Shown one piece after another: positions 45,992 to 55,416 of a stretch of DNA of 64,000 nt. Source of the DNA: Candidatus Latescibacterota bacterium (GTDB lineage: Bacteria; Latescibacterota; UBA2968; UBA8231); the NCBI GenBank assembly GCA_965203175.1, contig OZ241867.1, forward strand, positions 5,952,001 through 6,016,000. Direction: 5' to 3'. Below the pieces are notes generated by a model. That model saw only the letters and a list, made by a program, of their open reading frames with translations, was not told the origin of the DNA and did not search any database. The translations under genes and the position numbers were made by a program. The number at the start of each line of letters is the position of its first letter. The stretch's first letter is position 1.

Positions 45992-47383
45992 ATGATCATT
46001 ATCCGTACTTCCATACTCTGTATGGGCCTTCTAGCTACGCTTACCCACTGCGGTGACGACCGAGGGTTAGATCCGACTCCCGTGCAGGACGACCGCGCCC
46101 TGTCCGGCGGGGCGGCAACGGTTTTTGACGCCAGCAGTTTGGCGTTTGAAAACCCCATCCCCTCTTTGGATGGGATGGATCTAGACCGTTTCTTGGCCGG
46201 GGACGCGGCCTTTGAGCAGATCTTCGTCACCTCGCCGGCCGAAGTGGGGCACGGCCTAGGGCCCGTTTTCAACCAGACTTCGTGCGTGGGCTGTCACGCT
46301 CGCGATGGCCGGGGGCGCGACGGGTTTGGCGATGTCTCCCCTTTTATCGGCTCTATGCTCATGCGGGTCAGCCTGCCCGGCACCAATCCCGAAGTGCCCG
46401 GCGGACCGCAGCCCGTACCGGGCTTTGGCGAACAGATCGGGGACCGCGCCGTTTTCGGGGTCGCACCCGAAGCGCGGATCGACGTCTCCTACTTTGAGGA
46501 GACCCGCCATTTTGCCGACGGTGCAACATACTCCCTGCGCTTTCCGGTTTACGACGTAGTGGAGACCTATCAGCCGCTGCCGGCGGACGTCCTGTTCTCG
46601 CCGCGCATGGCCCCACCGGTATTTGGCCGCGGCCTACTCGAAGCCATCCCCGAAGAGACTATTTTGGCACTGGCCGACCCCGGCGACAGCGATGGCGACG
46701 GCATATCCGGCCGACCCAATCGAGTGTACAACTTCCGCACGCAACAAACCGAATTGGGCCGCTTTGGCCTCAAGGCCAACAATCCTGACCTATTGCAGCA
46801 GGTCGCCGGGGCCTACCAACAGGACATGGGGGTTACCAGCCCCTATTTCCCCAAGGAGTCCACCGCCGGCCAGCCGCAAATGGACGACCACCAAGACGAC
46901 CCTGAAATCAGCCAAGAGACGCTGGATATCAACACCTTTTACGTGCAAACGCTAGCGGTGCCCGCCCGCCGCAACATCGACGATCCGCAGGCTTTGCGCG
47001 GCGAAGAAGTCTTTGCGGCGGCCCAGTGCTCTGGGTGCCACATCCCCACCCTGCAGACGGGCCACCACGAGATTCCGGCCCTAGCCAACCAGACCATTCA
47101 TCCCTATACGGATCTGCTGTTGCACGATATGGGAGAAGAGTTGGCCGACGACCGTCCCGACTTTGAGGCCGATGGCCGCGAATGGCGCACGCCGCCGCTG
47201 TGGGGCATTGGCCTGACGGCAACGGTCAACGGCATTCCAGCGTATTTGCACGATGGACGGGCGCGCACGCTGATGGAAGCGGTCATGTTCCACGGCGGCG
47301 AAGCGGAAACAGCGCGGGAATATGTGCGTCAACTAGACCAAAGCGACCGGGACGCGCTCGTGGCCTTTTTGCAGTCGCTGTGA
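45992..47383 (+). CDS. Di-heme oxidoreductase family lipoprotein (DUF1111)
   Basis: GLGPVFN..SCVGCH, GRFGLKA, CSGCH, DLLLHDMG, WRTPPLWGIG, LHDGRART. Confidence 0.92.
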   Translation: MIIIRTSILCMGLLATLTHCGDDRGLDPTPVQDDRALSGGAATVFDASSLAFENPIPSLDGMDLDRFLAGDAAFEQIFVTSPAEVGHGLGPVFNQTSCVGCHARDGRGRDGFGDVSPFIGSMLMRVSLPGTNPEVPGGPQPVPGFGEQIGDRAVFGVAPEARIDVSYFEETRHFADGATYSLRFPVYDVVETYQPLPADVLFSPRMAPPVFGRGLLEAIPEETILALADPGDSDGDGISGRPNRVYNFRTQQTELGRFGLKANNPDLLQQVAGAYQQDMGVTSPYFPKESTAGQPQMDDHQDDPEISQETLDINTFYVQTLAVPARRNIDDPQALRGEEVFAAAQCSGCHIPTLQTGHHEIPALANQTIHPYTDLLLHDMGEELADDRPDFEADGREWRTPPLWGIGLTATVNGIPAYLHDGRARTLMEAVMFHGGEAETAREYVRQLDQSDRDALVAFLQSL

Positions 47384-47446
47384 TTGCGGTTTACAAGGGG
47401 AACTATGTAACAAGTTAGTACGACGCCAGCATATAAAAACAAAAGA

Positions 47447-47553
47447 GGCTATTGGCTGCGCCTGCCAGCACTTCGCCAATAGCCCGTCGAGAACTTAGCG
47501 CCGATATGATCCGAACCGGCGTGCGCCGGCCCGGGCATATCCGAGCTTTTTTT
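47447..47553. terminator. Two consecutive hairpins flanked by an A-tract and a T-tract (bidirectional terminator or leader RNA)
   Basis: Stem 47447-47456/47475-47484; nested stem 47503-47541; T7 at 47547-47553. Confidence 0.5.
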
Positions 47554-47572
47554 GTCCTCTGTGAGGAACATA

Positions 47573-49801
47573 ATGACTGACGCTCACACCGTCAAAAAGT
47601 CCGCAACGAAGAAAGACTGGCTCTGGAAGTTACTGCTGAGCAGCACCTGCCTAGTACCGCTCAGTCTAAGCGCCGCTCACGTCGAGGGCATCATCGTGGA
47701 CGCAGACTCCGAGCGGCCCCTCGCCCATGTCAACGTCGCAGTCTCCCCCGAGAAAGCGGGCATCATCACCGACTCGCTAGGGCGCTACGAGATAGAACTG
47801 CCGCCGGGCCGCTATCGAGTCGAGGTCAGCAGAGTCGGTTACGCCATTCAGAGTCAGCAGATAGACCTGCTCGCAGGCCAAAACCTGCAACTCGATTTTG
47901 CGCTCAAAGTACAAGCCCTGCCCCAAGCGGCCACGCTGATCACGGCAACCGGCAGACCTAAGTCCGCAGTAGCCCTAACCGTGCCGGTGGCAATCGTCCC
48001 TCGGGAAGCTATCGAACTGTCCAACGCGGAAAATGTCGCGGGCCTGCTCGAAGACGTAGCCGGACTCAACGTTCATTCCTCGCTGTATGGCTACCTCGGG
48101 TCTCCGTCCGGCGTCATGATCCAAGGCATTGATCCCAAGCGTATCCTGATCCTAGTCGATGGCGAGCGTGTAATCGGCGGTCCGGGCGGAGTGATCGATC
48201 TGGACAAGCTACCCGTCAGCAATGTCGAGCGGATCGAAGTAGTGAAGGGGCCTCATTCCGCTCTGTACGGCAGCGAGGCCATGGGAGGAGTGGTCCACAT
48301 CCTCACCCGCTCCCCGCAGGAGCGAAGCGGCGACGTCCGATTCAGCTTGGGGTCTGGGGGCTTGACCTCGCTCGAAGGCCAAGCGGCCCTGACGCGCTCC
48401 AGCCTCTCCACCTCCCTCACCGCTTCCAGAACGGCCCTCGAAGCCCTCGATCACTCCCCAGAAGACCCCGACACCGACATCGACGCCTACACCCAGCGCT
48501 TCACACAGGGCAAACTGCGCTGGGAAGCGCGGCCCAACCTGTTGCTGCAAGGCTCGGCGCGCTGGGTCTCGCAAAACGAGGAGGGGGTTTCCAGCCAGTA
48601 CTTCGCCCCACTCGACAAAACCTACGTATGGCGCTATCCCGACCAGATGCAGCGGGTGGACCTCGGGGCCGAGGCCGAGTGGCAGTGGGCTGAAGGGAGC
48701 ACGGCCAATGCCGACGTCTTCCGCACCTATTTCGACAAGCTGAGTAGAGAGGAACTAATCGGCAGCCGTCAAGTGCGAGACCGGGCCACCGACAACGTGC
48801 TGACGAAGTACCAACTGCGCACCACCCACCTGTTGCGGCGTACGCACATCCTCACGGCCGGGTTGAAACACACGCGCGAAGAACTCGAGGTCTCGCTCGA
48901 ACGCACCCTGCCCTTGGGCGAGCAACAGCACACCGTAGAAGTGCCGCCGTCGCGCGTAGATGTTGCGGAAGCATACATCCAAGACGACTGGCAAGTGGCG
49001 GAAAACACCGGCGTCGTGTGGGGTGCCCGCTATCAATGGCACTCGCGTTACGGGTTCCATCTGACGCCGAAAATCTCCTTTGCCCAGCGACTTTCCGAGG
49101 GCTTGAGGGTGCGGGCCTCGTACGGCGCTGGCTACCGCGCCCCTTCCCTAAAGGAACTCCACTTCGTCTTCGACCACAGCAACCTAGGGTATAAGGTGCT
49201 GGGCACTCCTTCGCTGAGTCCGGAACGGACCTGGGGGTTGAACTTGGGTGCGGAGTTTGAGCCGGTAGAGGCGCTGGACCTGCGCGTCAATTACTTCCAC
49301 AACCGCCTGCGCAACCTCATCCAAACCGTGTTCGATCCCACGCAGAGTTCTGGCGCGGTGGCGATCTATGCGTACGACAACGTGGGGCGCGCCACAACTC
49401 GCGGGATCGAGTTCGGCCTGAGTGCCCAGTTCGGCGACTGGCTCGCGGTCAACGGCGGCTACACCTATCTGCGGGCACGCGATCAAGATGCCCAGCGCGA
49501 CCTGCCGGGACGGCCGCGACACGCCCTGCGCGTTCGCGCGAAGTGGACGACGCCTTGGGAGGGTCGCCTAGAGATCAAGCTGCGCCGCGACAGCGCGGTG
49601 TGGGCCGATTCCGAGGGCACCCTGCGATCGCCGGCTGGAGAAGAGTGGGACGTAAACGCGGAGCAGCCCCTGTGGGGGCCCATCGCCCTGCGACTGGGCA
49701 TTGAGAATCTACTCGACAATCGCAGAGACCTAGACCGCCCAGGAGACCTGCGCTCACTGAGAGGCCGAGCCGTGCGCGGCGGCCTGCGAGTGCAGTTGTG
49801 A
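47573..49801 (+). CDS. TonB-dependent receptor (probable heme receptor)
   Basis: Carboxypeptidase-like N-domain; plug NVERIEVVKGPHSALYGSEAMGGVV; GYRAPSLKEL; ENLLD. Confidence 0.92.
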   Translation: MTDAHTVKKSATKKDWLWKLLLSSTCLVPLSLSAAHVEGIIVDADSERPLAHVNVAVSPEKAGIITDSLGRYEIELPPGRYRVEVSRVGYAIQSQQIDLLAGQNLQLDFALKVQALPQAATLITATGRPKSAVALTVPVAIVPREAIELSNAENVAGLLEDVAGLNVHSSLYGYLGSPSGVMIQGIDPKRILILVDGERVIGGPGGVIDLDKLPVSNVERIEVVKGPHSALYGSEAMGGVVHILTRSPQERSGDVRFSLGSGGLTSLEGQAALTRSSLSTSLTASRTALEALDHSPEDPDTDIDAYTQRFTQGKLRWEARPNLLLQGSARWVSQNEEGVSSQYFAPLDKTYVWRYPDQMQRVDLGAEAEWQWAEGSTANADVFRTYFDKLSREELIGSRQVRDRATDNVLTKYQLRTTHLLRRTHILTAGLKHTREELEVSLERTLPLGEQQHTVEVPPSRVDVAEAYIQDDWQVAENTGVVWGARYQWHSRYGFHLTPKISFAQRLSEGLRVRASYGAGYRAPSLKELHFVFDHSNLGYKVLGTPSLSPERTWGLNLGAEFEPVEALDLRVNYFHNRLRNLIQTVFDPTQSSGAVAIYAYDNVGRATTRGIEFGLSAQFGDWLAVNGGYTYLRARDQDAQRDLPGRPRHALRVRAKWTTPWEGRLEIKLRRDSAVWADSEGTLRSPAGEEWDVNAEQPLWGPIALRLGIENLLDNRRDLDRPGDLRSLRGRAVRGGLRVQL

Positions 49802-49849
49802 GAGCAATAGTCCGACTTCACCATTCACTATCCCAAGGAGGGACACATC

Positions 49850-50968
49850 ATGCAACGCATTCGCTTTACCATCTTTATCACTTTGCTATCGGCGCTGAGC
49901 GCACCAGCCTTCGGCAAATCGACCACCCAGCTCGACAACGGCGATTACCTCACGGTGCTCGACGCCACAGCAGGGGGCGCTTTTTCCTCGGAGCCCCACG
50001 ACTTCACCTACTTCAGCTTTGAGGACCAAGACGTGGTCGCGCTCACCGATGCCGAGGCGGCGGAGTCGGCCGAATGGCACATCGCCTTCAAGCGCAGCAA
50101 TATCCTGCTCAACGGCGGCATCAGCGGCCCCGGCAACGTCAGGGGCTTTGATCTCAACGGGGCCGAGGAAGTCGTCGCCGAAGATGCATTTGACGCGATA
50201 ATCTCGACAGACATCCCCACCGCCGACGCCTTCATCACCGACGGACCAGCCTACGCCATTAGCGCGTGGTACTCGTACAATTCGTCCTCGCACCGCATTG
50301 AGATTCCCGGCAACGCCTACGAGTTGCGCACCGCCGACGGCCAGTTCGCCAAGTTCGTAGTCGATGCAATAGAAGGGGCCGGCCGCTCGGACGCCGGCCG
50401 CATCACCTTCCGCTGGGTCGTCGCCGACGGCACGAATCTGACGGGCGCAGCGCGCACCGCCACCGTGGACGTGAGCGGGGGCGAGGAGGTGTACTTCAGC
50501 CTGAGTTCGGGAGAGTCGGTCACACCAGCCGATCCAAGCACCTCCACGGACTGGGATCTCCACTTCTCCGGCTACATCATCCGCCTCAACGGCGGCATCA
50601 GCGGCCCCGGCCAAGGCGGCGCATTCCCCGCCTATCAGACCGATCAAACCTTCGAAGACATCGCCGAGGCTATGGGGTTCGGGTACTTCGCCGACAAATC
50701 AGGCTCGGCCTTCAGCAGCGACACCGGCGAGTGGTACAGCTACGACAGCACTACCCACATCCTATCGACGCGGAATCACGTGTACATCATCGACACCGGC
50801 GCGGGGTTCTACAAGATGCAGCTTCTCAGCTACTACCGAGAGGTCGAAGGCTCGCCAGTCTCGGGGTTCATCACCTTCCGCTGGCGTCCGCTCACAGACG
50901 AGCCGGGGACCGCGATCCAATCTTCGAGTTGGGGCCAACTCAAAGCACGCCTCTGGGACTCAAACTAA
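49850..50968 (+). CDS. HmuY-family heme-binding protein with two HmuY domains
   Basis: Duplicated WHIAF/WDLHF...LNGGISGPG...WYSY...ITFRW. Confidence 0.85.
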   Translation: MQRIRFTIFITLLSALSAPAFGKSTTQLDNGDYLTVLDATAGGAFSSEPHDFTYFSFEDQDVVALTDAEAAESAEWHIAFKRSNILLNGGISGPGNVRGFDLNGAEEVVAEDAFDAIISTDIPTADAFITDGPAYAISAWYSYNSSSHRIEIPGNAYELRTADGQFAKFVVDAIEGAGRSDAGRITFRWVVADGTNLTGAARTATVDVSGGEEVYFSLSSGESVTPADPSTSTDWDLHFSGYIIRLNGGISGPGQGGAFPAYQTDQTFEDIAEAMGFGYFADKSGSAFSSDTGEWYSYDSTTHILSTRNHVYIIDTGAGFYKMQLLSYYREVEGSPVSGFITFRWRPLTDEPGTAIQSSSWGQLKARLWDSN

Positions 50969-50989
50969 AAATCACAGGAGAAAATCCCC

Positions 50990-51391
50990 ATGCAGCCCAT
51001 CGCCAGCAATCCACCGATTGCATCCGTCTACCGCTGTGAACACGGCGGCATCCACTTGATCTGCCAGAACATCAACATCGGCTTGCACCCCGACGAATTC
51101 TTCACCCTCAATCGAGAGGTTCAACAAGCTATGAACCTGATTGAGGCCGGCATCTGGTCCTGTTCCTACCTATCCCTGAGCTGGCACACCACGGTCCTGT
51201 GCCTGAGTGCCAGCATCCTGCCGCCCCTAGCCGAGGTCATGCAGGAAGCGGCTGAGGCCATCGAATTAGAAGGCATCAGCACCACGCCAAAAACGGGGTG
51301 TCATCCTAGCAGTCCAAGTGTAAAAGTCTTTCCTGAATCCCAGTTCGTCCTGCGCCAGCCGGTGCCCAACATGGACGACCATCTCAACTAA
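50990..51391 (+). CDS. Hypothetical Cys/His-containing protein in the heme operon
   Basis: RBS AGGAG; CEHGGIHL motif; tight spacing to neighbours. Confidence 0.65.
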   Translation: MQPIASNPPIASVYRCEHGGIHLICQNINIGLHPDEFFTLNREVQQAMNLIEAGIWSCSYLSLSWHTTVLCLSASILPPLAEVMQEAAEAIELEGISTTPKTGCHPSSPSVKVFPESQFVLRQPVPNMDDHLN

Positions 51392-51402
51392 AGGGAGATC
51401 GC

Positions 51403-52455
51403 ATGACTACCACAGCGCCCGATGTCAGAGGCGATTTCAAGCAACTCTGGAATACTTTCCGACGTGATAACCCGAGGGTGCGCATCCGCGACGCAGCCGA
51501 ACAGCTAGGCGTGAGTGAAGCTGAACTAGTCGCCACTTCCTGCGGCGAAAACGCAATTCGCCTGCAGGCTGAGTGGCCGCAGTTTATCCAGCGCCTCGAA
51601 AGCCTCGGCCCAGTCATGGCCCTCACGCGCAACGCCCACGCGGTACACGAAAAACACGGCGTATTCCGCAATGTCCACATACACGGCCAGATGGGCTTGG
51701 TCCTCGACGAAGGCATTGATCTGCGCCTGTTCATGAACCACTGGCGATTCGGCTTTGCCGTCGAGCAAGAAGGTCGCAAAACCACTCTGCGCGGCTTTCA
51801 GTTTTTCAATCAGCACGGCACCGCAGTCCACAAGGTGTACCTGACTGCCGAGAGCGACCACACGGCCTACCAGCAGCTAGTCGACGAATTCGCCAGCGAC
51901 GACCAGTCGCCCGTGCAGTGCGTCTGTCCGACCATTCCCGCAGTGCCGGACAAGGCCGACGACGCTATTGACGTAGCCGGGTTAGAAGAAGCTTGGAACG
52001 CCCTTGAAGACACGCACGACTTTCACCGACTCCTCGCCGAGTTCCACGTCGGACGCGTTCAAGCCCTGCGCTTGGTCAACGACTCACTCGCCTGCCGCGT
52101 GGACTCATCTAGTCTGAACGAGGTGCTACATACAGCGGCCCGGGACCAGATCGCCATCATGGTTTTCGTCGCCAGTCCCGGAGTCATACAGATCCACTCC
52201 GGCCCGATCCACAACGTCAAATCAACCGGCCCTTGGATCAACGTCCTAGACGATGATTTCAACCTACACGTCAGGGAGGACCGCTTGGACTCAGCTTGGG
52301 TCGTGCAAAAACCGACCCGCGACGGCGCGGTCTTTAGTCTGGAATTGTTCGACAGCAAGGGCGAAACCATTGCCCTGCTCTTTGCCCGGCGCAAGCAAGG
52401 CCAAGCGACAGTGGACGCTTGGAATGCCGCGCTGGCCACACTCACGCGAGTATAA
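51403..52455 (+). CDS. hmuS: Hemin-degrading/trafficking factor HemS/HmuS
   Basis: RIRDAAEQLGVSEAELVA, MALTRN..AVHE, DLRLF, DTHDF, IQIHSG. Confidence 0.92.
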   Translation: MTTTAPDVRGDFKQLWNTFRRDNPRVRIRDAAEQLGVSEAELVATSCGENAIRLQAEWPQFIQRLESLGPVMALTRNAHAVHEKHGVFRNVHIHGQMGLVLDEGIDLRLFMNHWRFGFAVEQEGRKTTLRGFQFFNQHGTAVHKVYLTAESDHTAYQQLVDEFASDDQSPVQCVCPTIPAVPDKADDAIDVAGLEEAWNALEDTHDFHRLLAEFHVGRVQALRLVNDSLACRVDSSSLNEVLHTAARDQIAIMVFVASPGVIQIHSGPIHNVKSTGPWINVLDDDFNLHVREDRLDSAWVVQKPTRDGAVFSLELFDSKGETIALLFARRKQGQATVDAWNAALATLTRV

Positions 52456-52460
52456 TCGCC

Positions 52461-53345
52461 ATGAAATGGATACTATGCTTAGGACTAATGATCGCCCTGT
52501 GGGGCACAACAGGCGACGCCGAGGAGATGCCAAACGACTCCTCGCGTATCGTCACCCTCGGCGGGACCATCACCGAGATCGTCTTCGCTCTGGGAGCCGG
52601 CGAGCGCGTAGTGGGCGTGGATGCCTCCAGCTCCTTTCCCGAGATAGTCAACCAGTTGCCCAAGGTCGCCTATCACCGCCGCCTCTCGGCCGAGGGCGTG
52701 CTCTCGCTGAGACCGACGCTAATCATCGCTACCACCGAAGCGGGACCTCCCGAAGCCATTCAACAGCTCGAGAGCGCCGGGGTAACGGTACTCGTCCTGA
52801 CCCACGAGCCTACAGTAGAGAACGCCATCGCCAAGATCGAACGCATTGCCGCCGCGTTGAACGTCCAAGCGCGCGGCGCGGCGCTGATCCAAACGCTCAA
52901 AAAAGAGCTACAGCAGGTACAATCCTCCATCCCACACACCGGGGCCCAGGCCAAAATTCTCTTTCTCTACGCCCGCGGCCAAGGCACGCTAATGGTCGCC
53001 GGCCAAGACACCGGAGCCGATACCATGATCGGCTTGGCCGGTGGCATCAACGCCGTTCGGGGCTATAGCGGGTACAAGCCGCTCACCTCAGAAGCGGCCG
53101 TAGCCGCAGCACCCGATCTCATCCTGCTCATGGACAGTGGTTTAGAGAGCGTCGGTGGTGCCCAAGGACTTTGGCAATTACCTGGGCTTGCGCTGACGCC
53201 AGCGGGGCAACAAGGCCGGGTCCTGTCGATGGATGGACTTTTGTTATTGGGGTTTGGCCCCCGTTTGGGCCAAGCGGTTCTGGCGTTGAACCAAGCCTTG
53301 TACGATGTCCCGAGTAAAACGGAGGGCCTAAGTACACAACAGTAG
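52461..53345 (+). CDS. hmuT: Heme ABC transporter substrate-binding protein
   Basis: RIVTLGGTITEIVFALG, YHRRLSAEGVLSL, GYKPL, LLGFGPR. Confidence 0.9.
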   Translation: MKWILCLGLMIALWGTTGDAEEMPNDSSRIVTLGGTITEIVFALGAGERVVGVDASSSFPEIVNQLPKVAYHRRLSAEGVLSLRPTLIIATTEAGPPEAIQQLESAGVTVLVLTHEPTVENAIAKIERIAAALNVQARGAALIQTLKKELQQVQSSIPHTGAQAKILFLYARGQGTLMVAGQDTGADTMIGLAGGINAVRGYSGYKPLTSEAAVAAAPDLILLMDSGLESVGGAQGLWQLPGLALTPAGQQGRVLSMDGLLLLGFGPRLGQAVLALNQALYDVPSKTEGLSTQQ

Positions 53346-53356
53346 AGGTGGTCTGA

Positions 53357-53440
53357 GATGCTTCGCTTCGCTCAGCATGACAAGTGGGGACGCTGCTTCA
53401 CCGTGTCATGCTGAGCGGAGCGAAGCGGAGTCGAAGCATC
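53357..53440. repeat. Intergenic inverted repeat (TGTCATGCTGAGCG...GAAGCATC type), REP/MITE-like
   Basis: GATGCTTCGCTTCGCTCAGCATGACA 53357-53382 faces TGTCATGCTGAGCGGAGCGAAGCGGAGTCGAAGCATC 53404-53440. Confidence 0.7.
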
Positions 53441-53493
53441 CCATACCTCGATGGCCATGTATAACGTTACTGTCGTATCGCTAACGGAAAGCA

Positions 53494-54609
53494 ATGACTT
53501 CGATTGAAGCGACTAATTCTTCCCTGCGCCAAACCAGTCGCCGTTTATTGCCCAAGGTTGCAGTCAGGGAAAAGGGCACCCTAGGGCTGATGGCCCTAAC
53601 AGTCCTGTTGGGACTACTGAGCGTAGTGTGCCTAGGAACGGGTGCTGTTTCCATAGGACCTCGGCAGGTGCTAGCCGTACTTGGCAAAGGGCTGGACCTG
53701 ACCCTGCCCTGGGCTTTTGAGCCTCACCACGAGGCCATCGTCCTGAGCATTCGCTTGCCGCGCATTCTGCTGGGGATCTTGATCGGCGGTGGCCTCGCCG
53801 TTGCAGGCGCTGCCATGCAGGGCCTGTTTCGCAATCCCCTAGCCGATCCCGGCCTCATCGGCGTTTCCAGCGGCGCGGCAGTCGCCGCAGTGGCGACTAT
53901 TGTTCTCGGAGCGACTGTGCTTGATTTTGCTACCCAAGCGCTGGGGCCTTTTGCCCTGTCCATCGCCGCTTTTGGCGGCGGTGCCGCCACGACCTTGCTG
54001 GTCTATCGCCTGTCGCTAGTCCACGGCACGGTCTCCGTATCCACCATGCTACTGGCCGGTATTGCCATCAACGCCGTGGCCGGAGCCATCACCGGGGTAT
54101 TCACTTTCGTGGCGGACGATGCTCAACTGCGCAGCCTGACGTTCTGGAGCATGGGCAGTCTCGGCGGGGCTACCTGGCCGGCGGTGGCCGCGGCTGCGCC
54201 GTTTACCGGCCTTGCTACCTTAGCGGTGTTGCGCTACGCCCGTCCCCTCAACGCCCTGCTGCTAGGCGAGGCCGAAGCCGGCCATCTCGGCTGCAACGTC
54301 GAGCGCCTCAAGCGTTCGGTCGTCCTCCTAGTCGCTTTGTCCGTGGGAGCAGCGGTCGCCGTGGCCGGCATCATCGGCTTTGTCGGCCTAGTCGTACCCC
54401 ACCTGCTGCGCCTCACCCTCGGACCGGATCACCGCTTTCTGCTCCCCGGTGCCGCCCTTTTGGGCGCTAGCCTGCTCCTCGGAGCCGACCTCATCGCCCG
54501 CACATTGGTCGCCCCGGCTGAACTCCCCATCGGCATTGTGACGGCGATCATCGGCGGGCCCTTCTTCATGTACTTGCTGCAACGCGGGCGGCGCTTGGGG
54601 AGATTCTAA
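53494..54609 (+). CDS. hmuU: Heme ABC transporter permease (FecCD family)
   Basis: IRLPR, QGLFRNPLADPGLIGVSSGA, IGFVGLVVPH, ELPIG. Confidence 0.92.
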   Translation: MTSIEATNSSLRQTSRRLLPKVAVREKGTLGLMALTVLLGLLSVVCLGTGAVSIGPRQVLAVLGKGLDLTLPWAFEPHHEAIVLSIRLPRILLGILIGGGLAVAGAAMQGLFRNPLADPGLIGVSSGAAVAAVATIVLGATVLDFATQALGPFALSIAAFGGGAATTLLVYRLSLVHGTVSVSTMLLAGIAINAVAGAITGVFTFVADDAQLRSLTFWSMGSLGGATWPAVAAAAPFTGLATLAVLRYARPLNALLLGEAEAGHLGCNVERLKRSVVLLVALSVGAAVAVAGIIGFVGLVVPHLLRLTLGPDHRFLLPGAALLGASLLLGADLIARTLVAPAELPIGIVTAIIGGPFFMYLLQRGRRLGRF

Positions 54610-55400
54610 TGCTCGAAGGCCAAAATATACACGTAGTCTTGGATGAGAGCGTCCTGCTGGAGGATGTGTCTATCCACGTGCGACCCGGCGAAGTGGTGGC
54701 CGTCTTGGGACCTAATGGCGCTGGCAAATCCACCCTGTTGAAAGTGTTATGCGGTGACTTATCCCCCTCCAAGGGAACGGTGTCGATGGGAGGACAATCA
54801 CTGGCATCTTGGGACAAAAAGGCCAGCGCCCAAATCCGCGCCGTCTTGCCGCAACAATCCAGCCTAAGTTTTCCCTTCCGCGTGCTCGAAGTAGCGCTCA
54901 TGGGCCGAAGCCCCCATCTGCGCGGCCCTGAAACGCAGCGGGATTACGCCATTGCACGAGCGGCCTTGCAGGAGGCCGGCGTTGATCACCTAGAGGATCG
55001 CCTCTATCCAACGCTATCGGGGGGAGAAGGTCAGCGCGTACACCTCGGACGAGTGCTGGCGCAAATCTGGGAAGCGGTGGACCAAACGCCGCGCTATCTG
55101 CTGCTGGACGAACCCACGTCCAGCTTAGACCTAGCCCACCAACACCACACCTTGACCGTTGCGCGAGCATTTGCCGAGCGGCAAGTGGGCGTACTCGTGG
55201 TACTCCACGACCTCAATTTAGCGGCCCAATACGCCGATCGCGTCCTGCTCCTGAAAGCGGGCCGCGAAGTAGCCACAGGCCCTCCTGAGCAAGTGCTACA
55301 AGCCGAAATAATAGAAGCTGTTTACGAAATCCCAATAACGGTCATTCCCCACCCCCACAGCCCCTGTCCACTCGTCGTTCCCGCAGCTAATCTCACCTGA
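54609..55400 (+). CDS. hmuV: Heme ABC transporter ATP-binding protein
   Basis: GPNGAGKST, LSGGE, RVLAQIW, LLLDEPT, VLHDLNLAAQYAD. Confidence 0.92.
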   Translation: MLEGQNIHVVLDESVLLEDVSIHVRPGEVVAVLGPNGAGKSTLLKVLCGDLSPSKGTVSMGGQSLASWDKKASAQIRAVLPQQSSLSFPFRVLEVALMGRSPHLRGPETQRDYAIARAALQEAGVDHLEDRLYPTLSGGEGQRVHLGRVLAQIWEAVDQTPRYLLLDEPTSSLDLAHQHHTLTVARAFAERQVGVLVVLHDLNLAAQYADRVLLLKAGREVATGPPEQVLQAEIIEAVYEIPITVIPHPHSPCPLVVPAANLT

Positions 55401-55416
55401 CCCTTGCACGCGCTCC

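Noticed and set aside
47390-47560. Cobalamin riboswitch upstream of the TonB receptor
   Set aside because: B12-box and GCCACTG/GGGAAG elements are not seen, and the downstream genes are heme-type.
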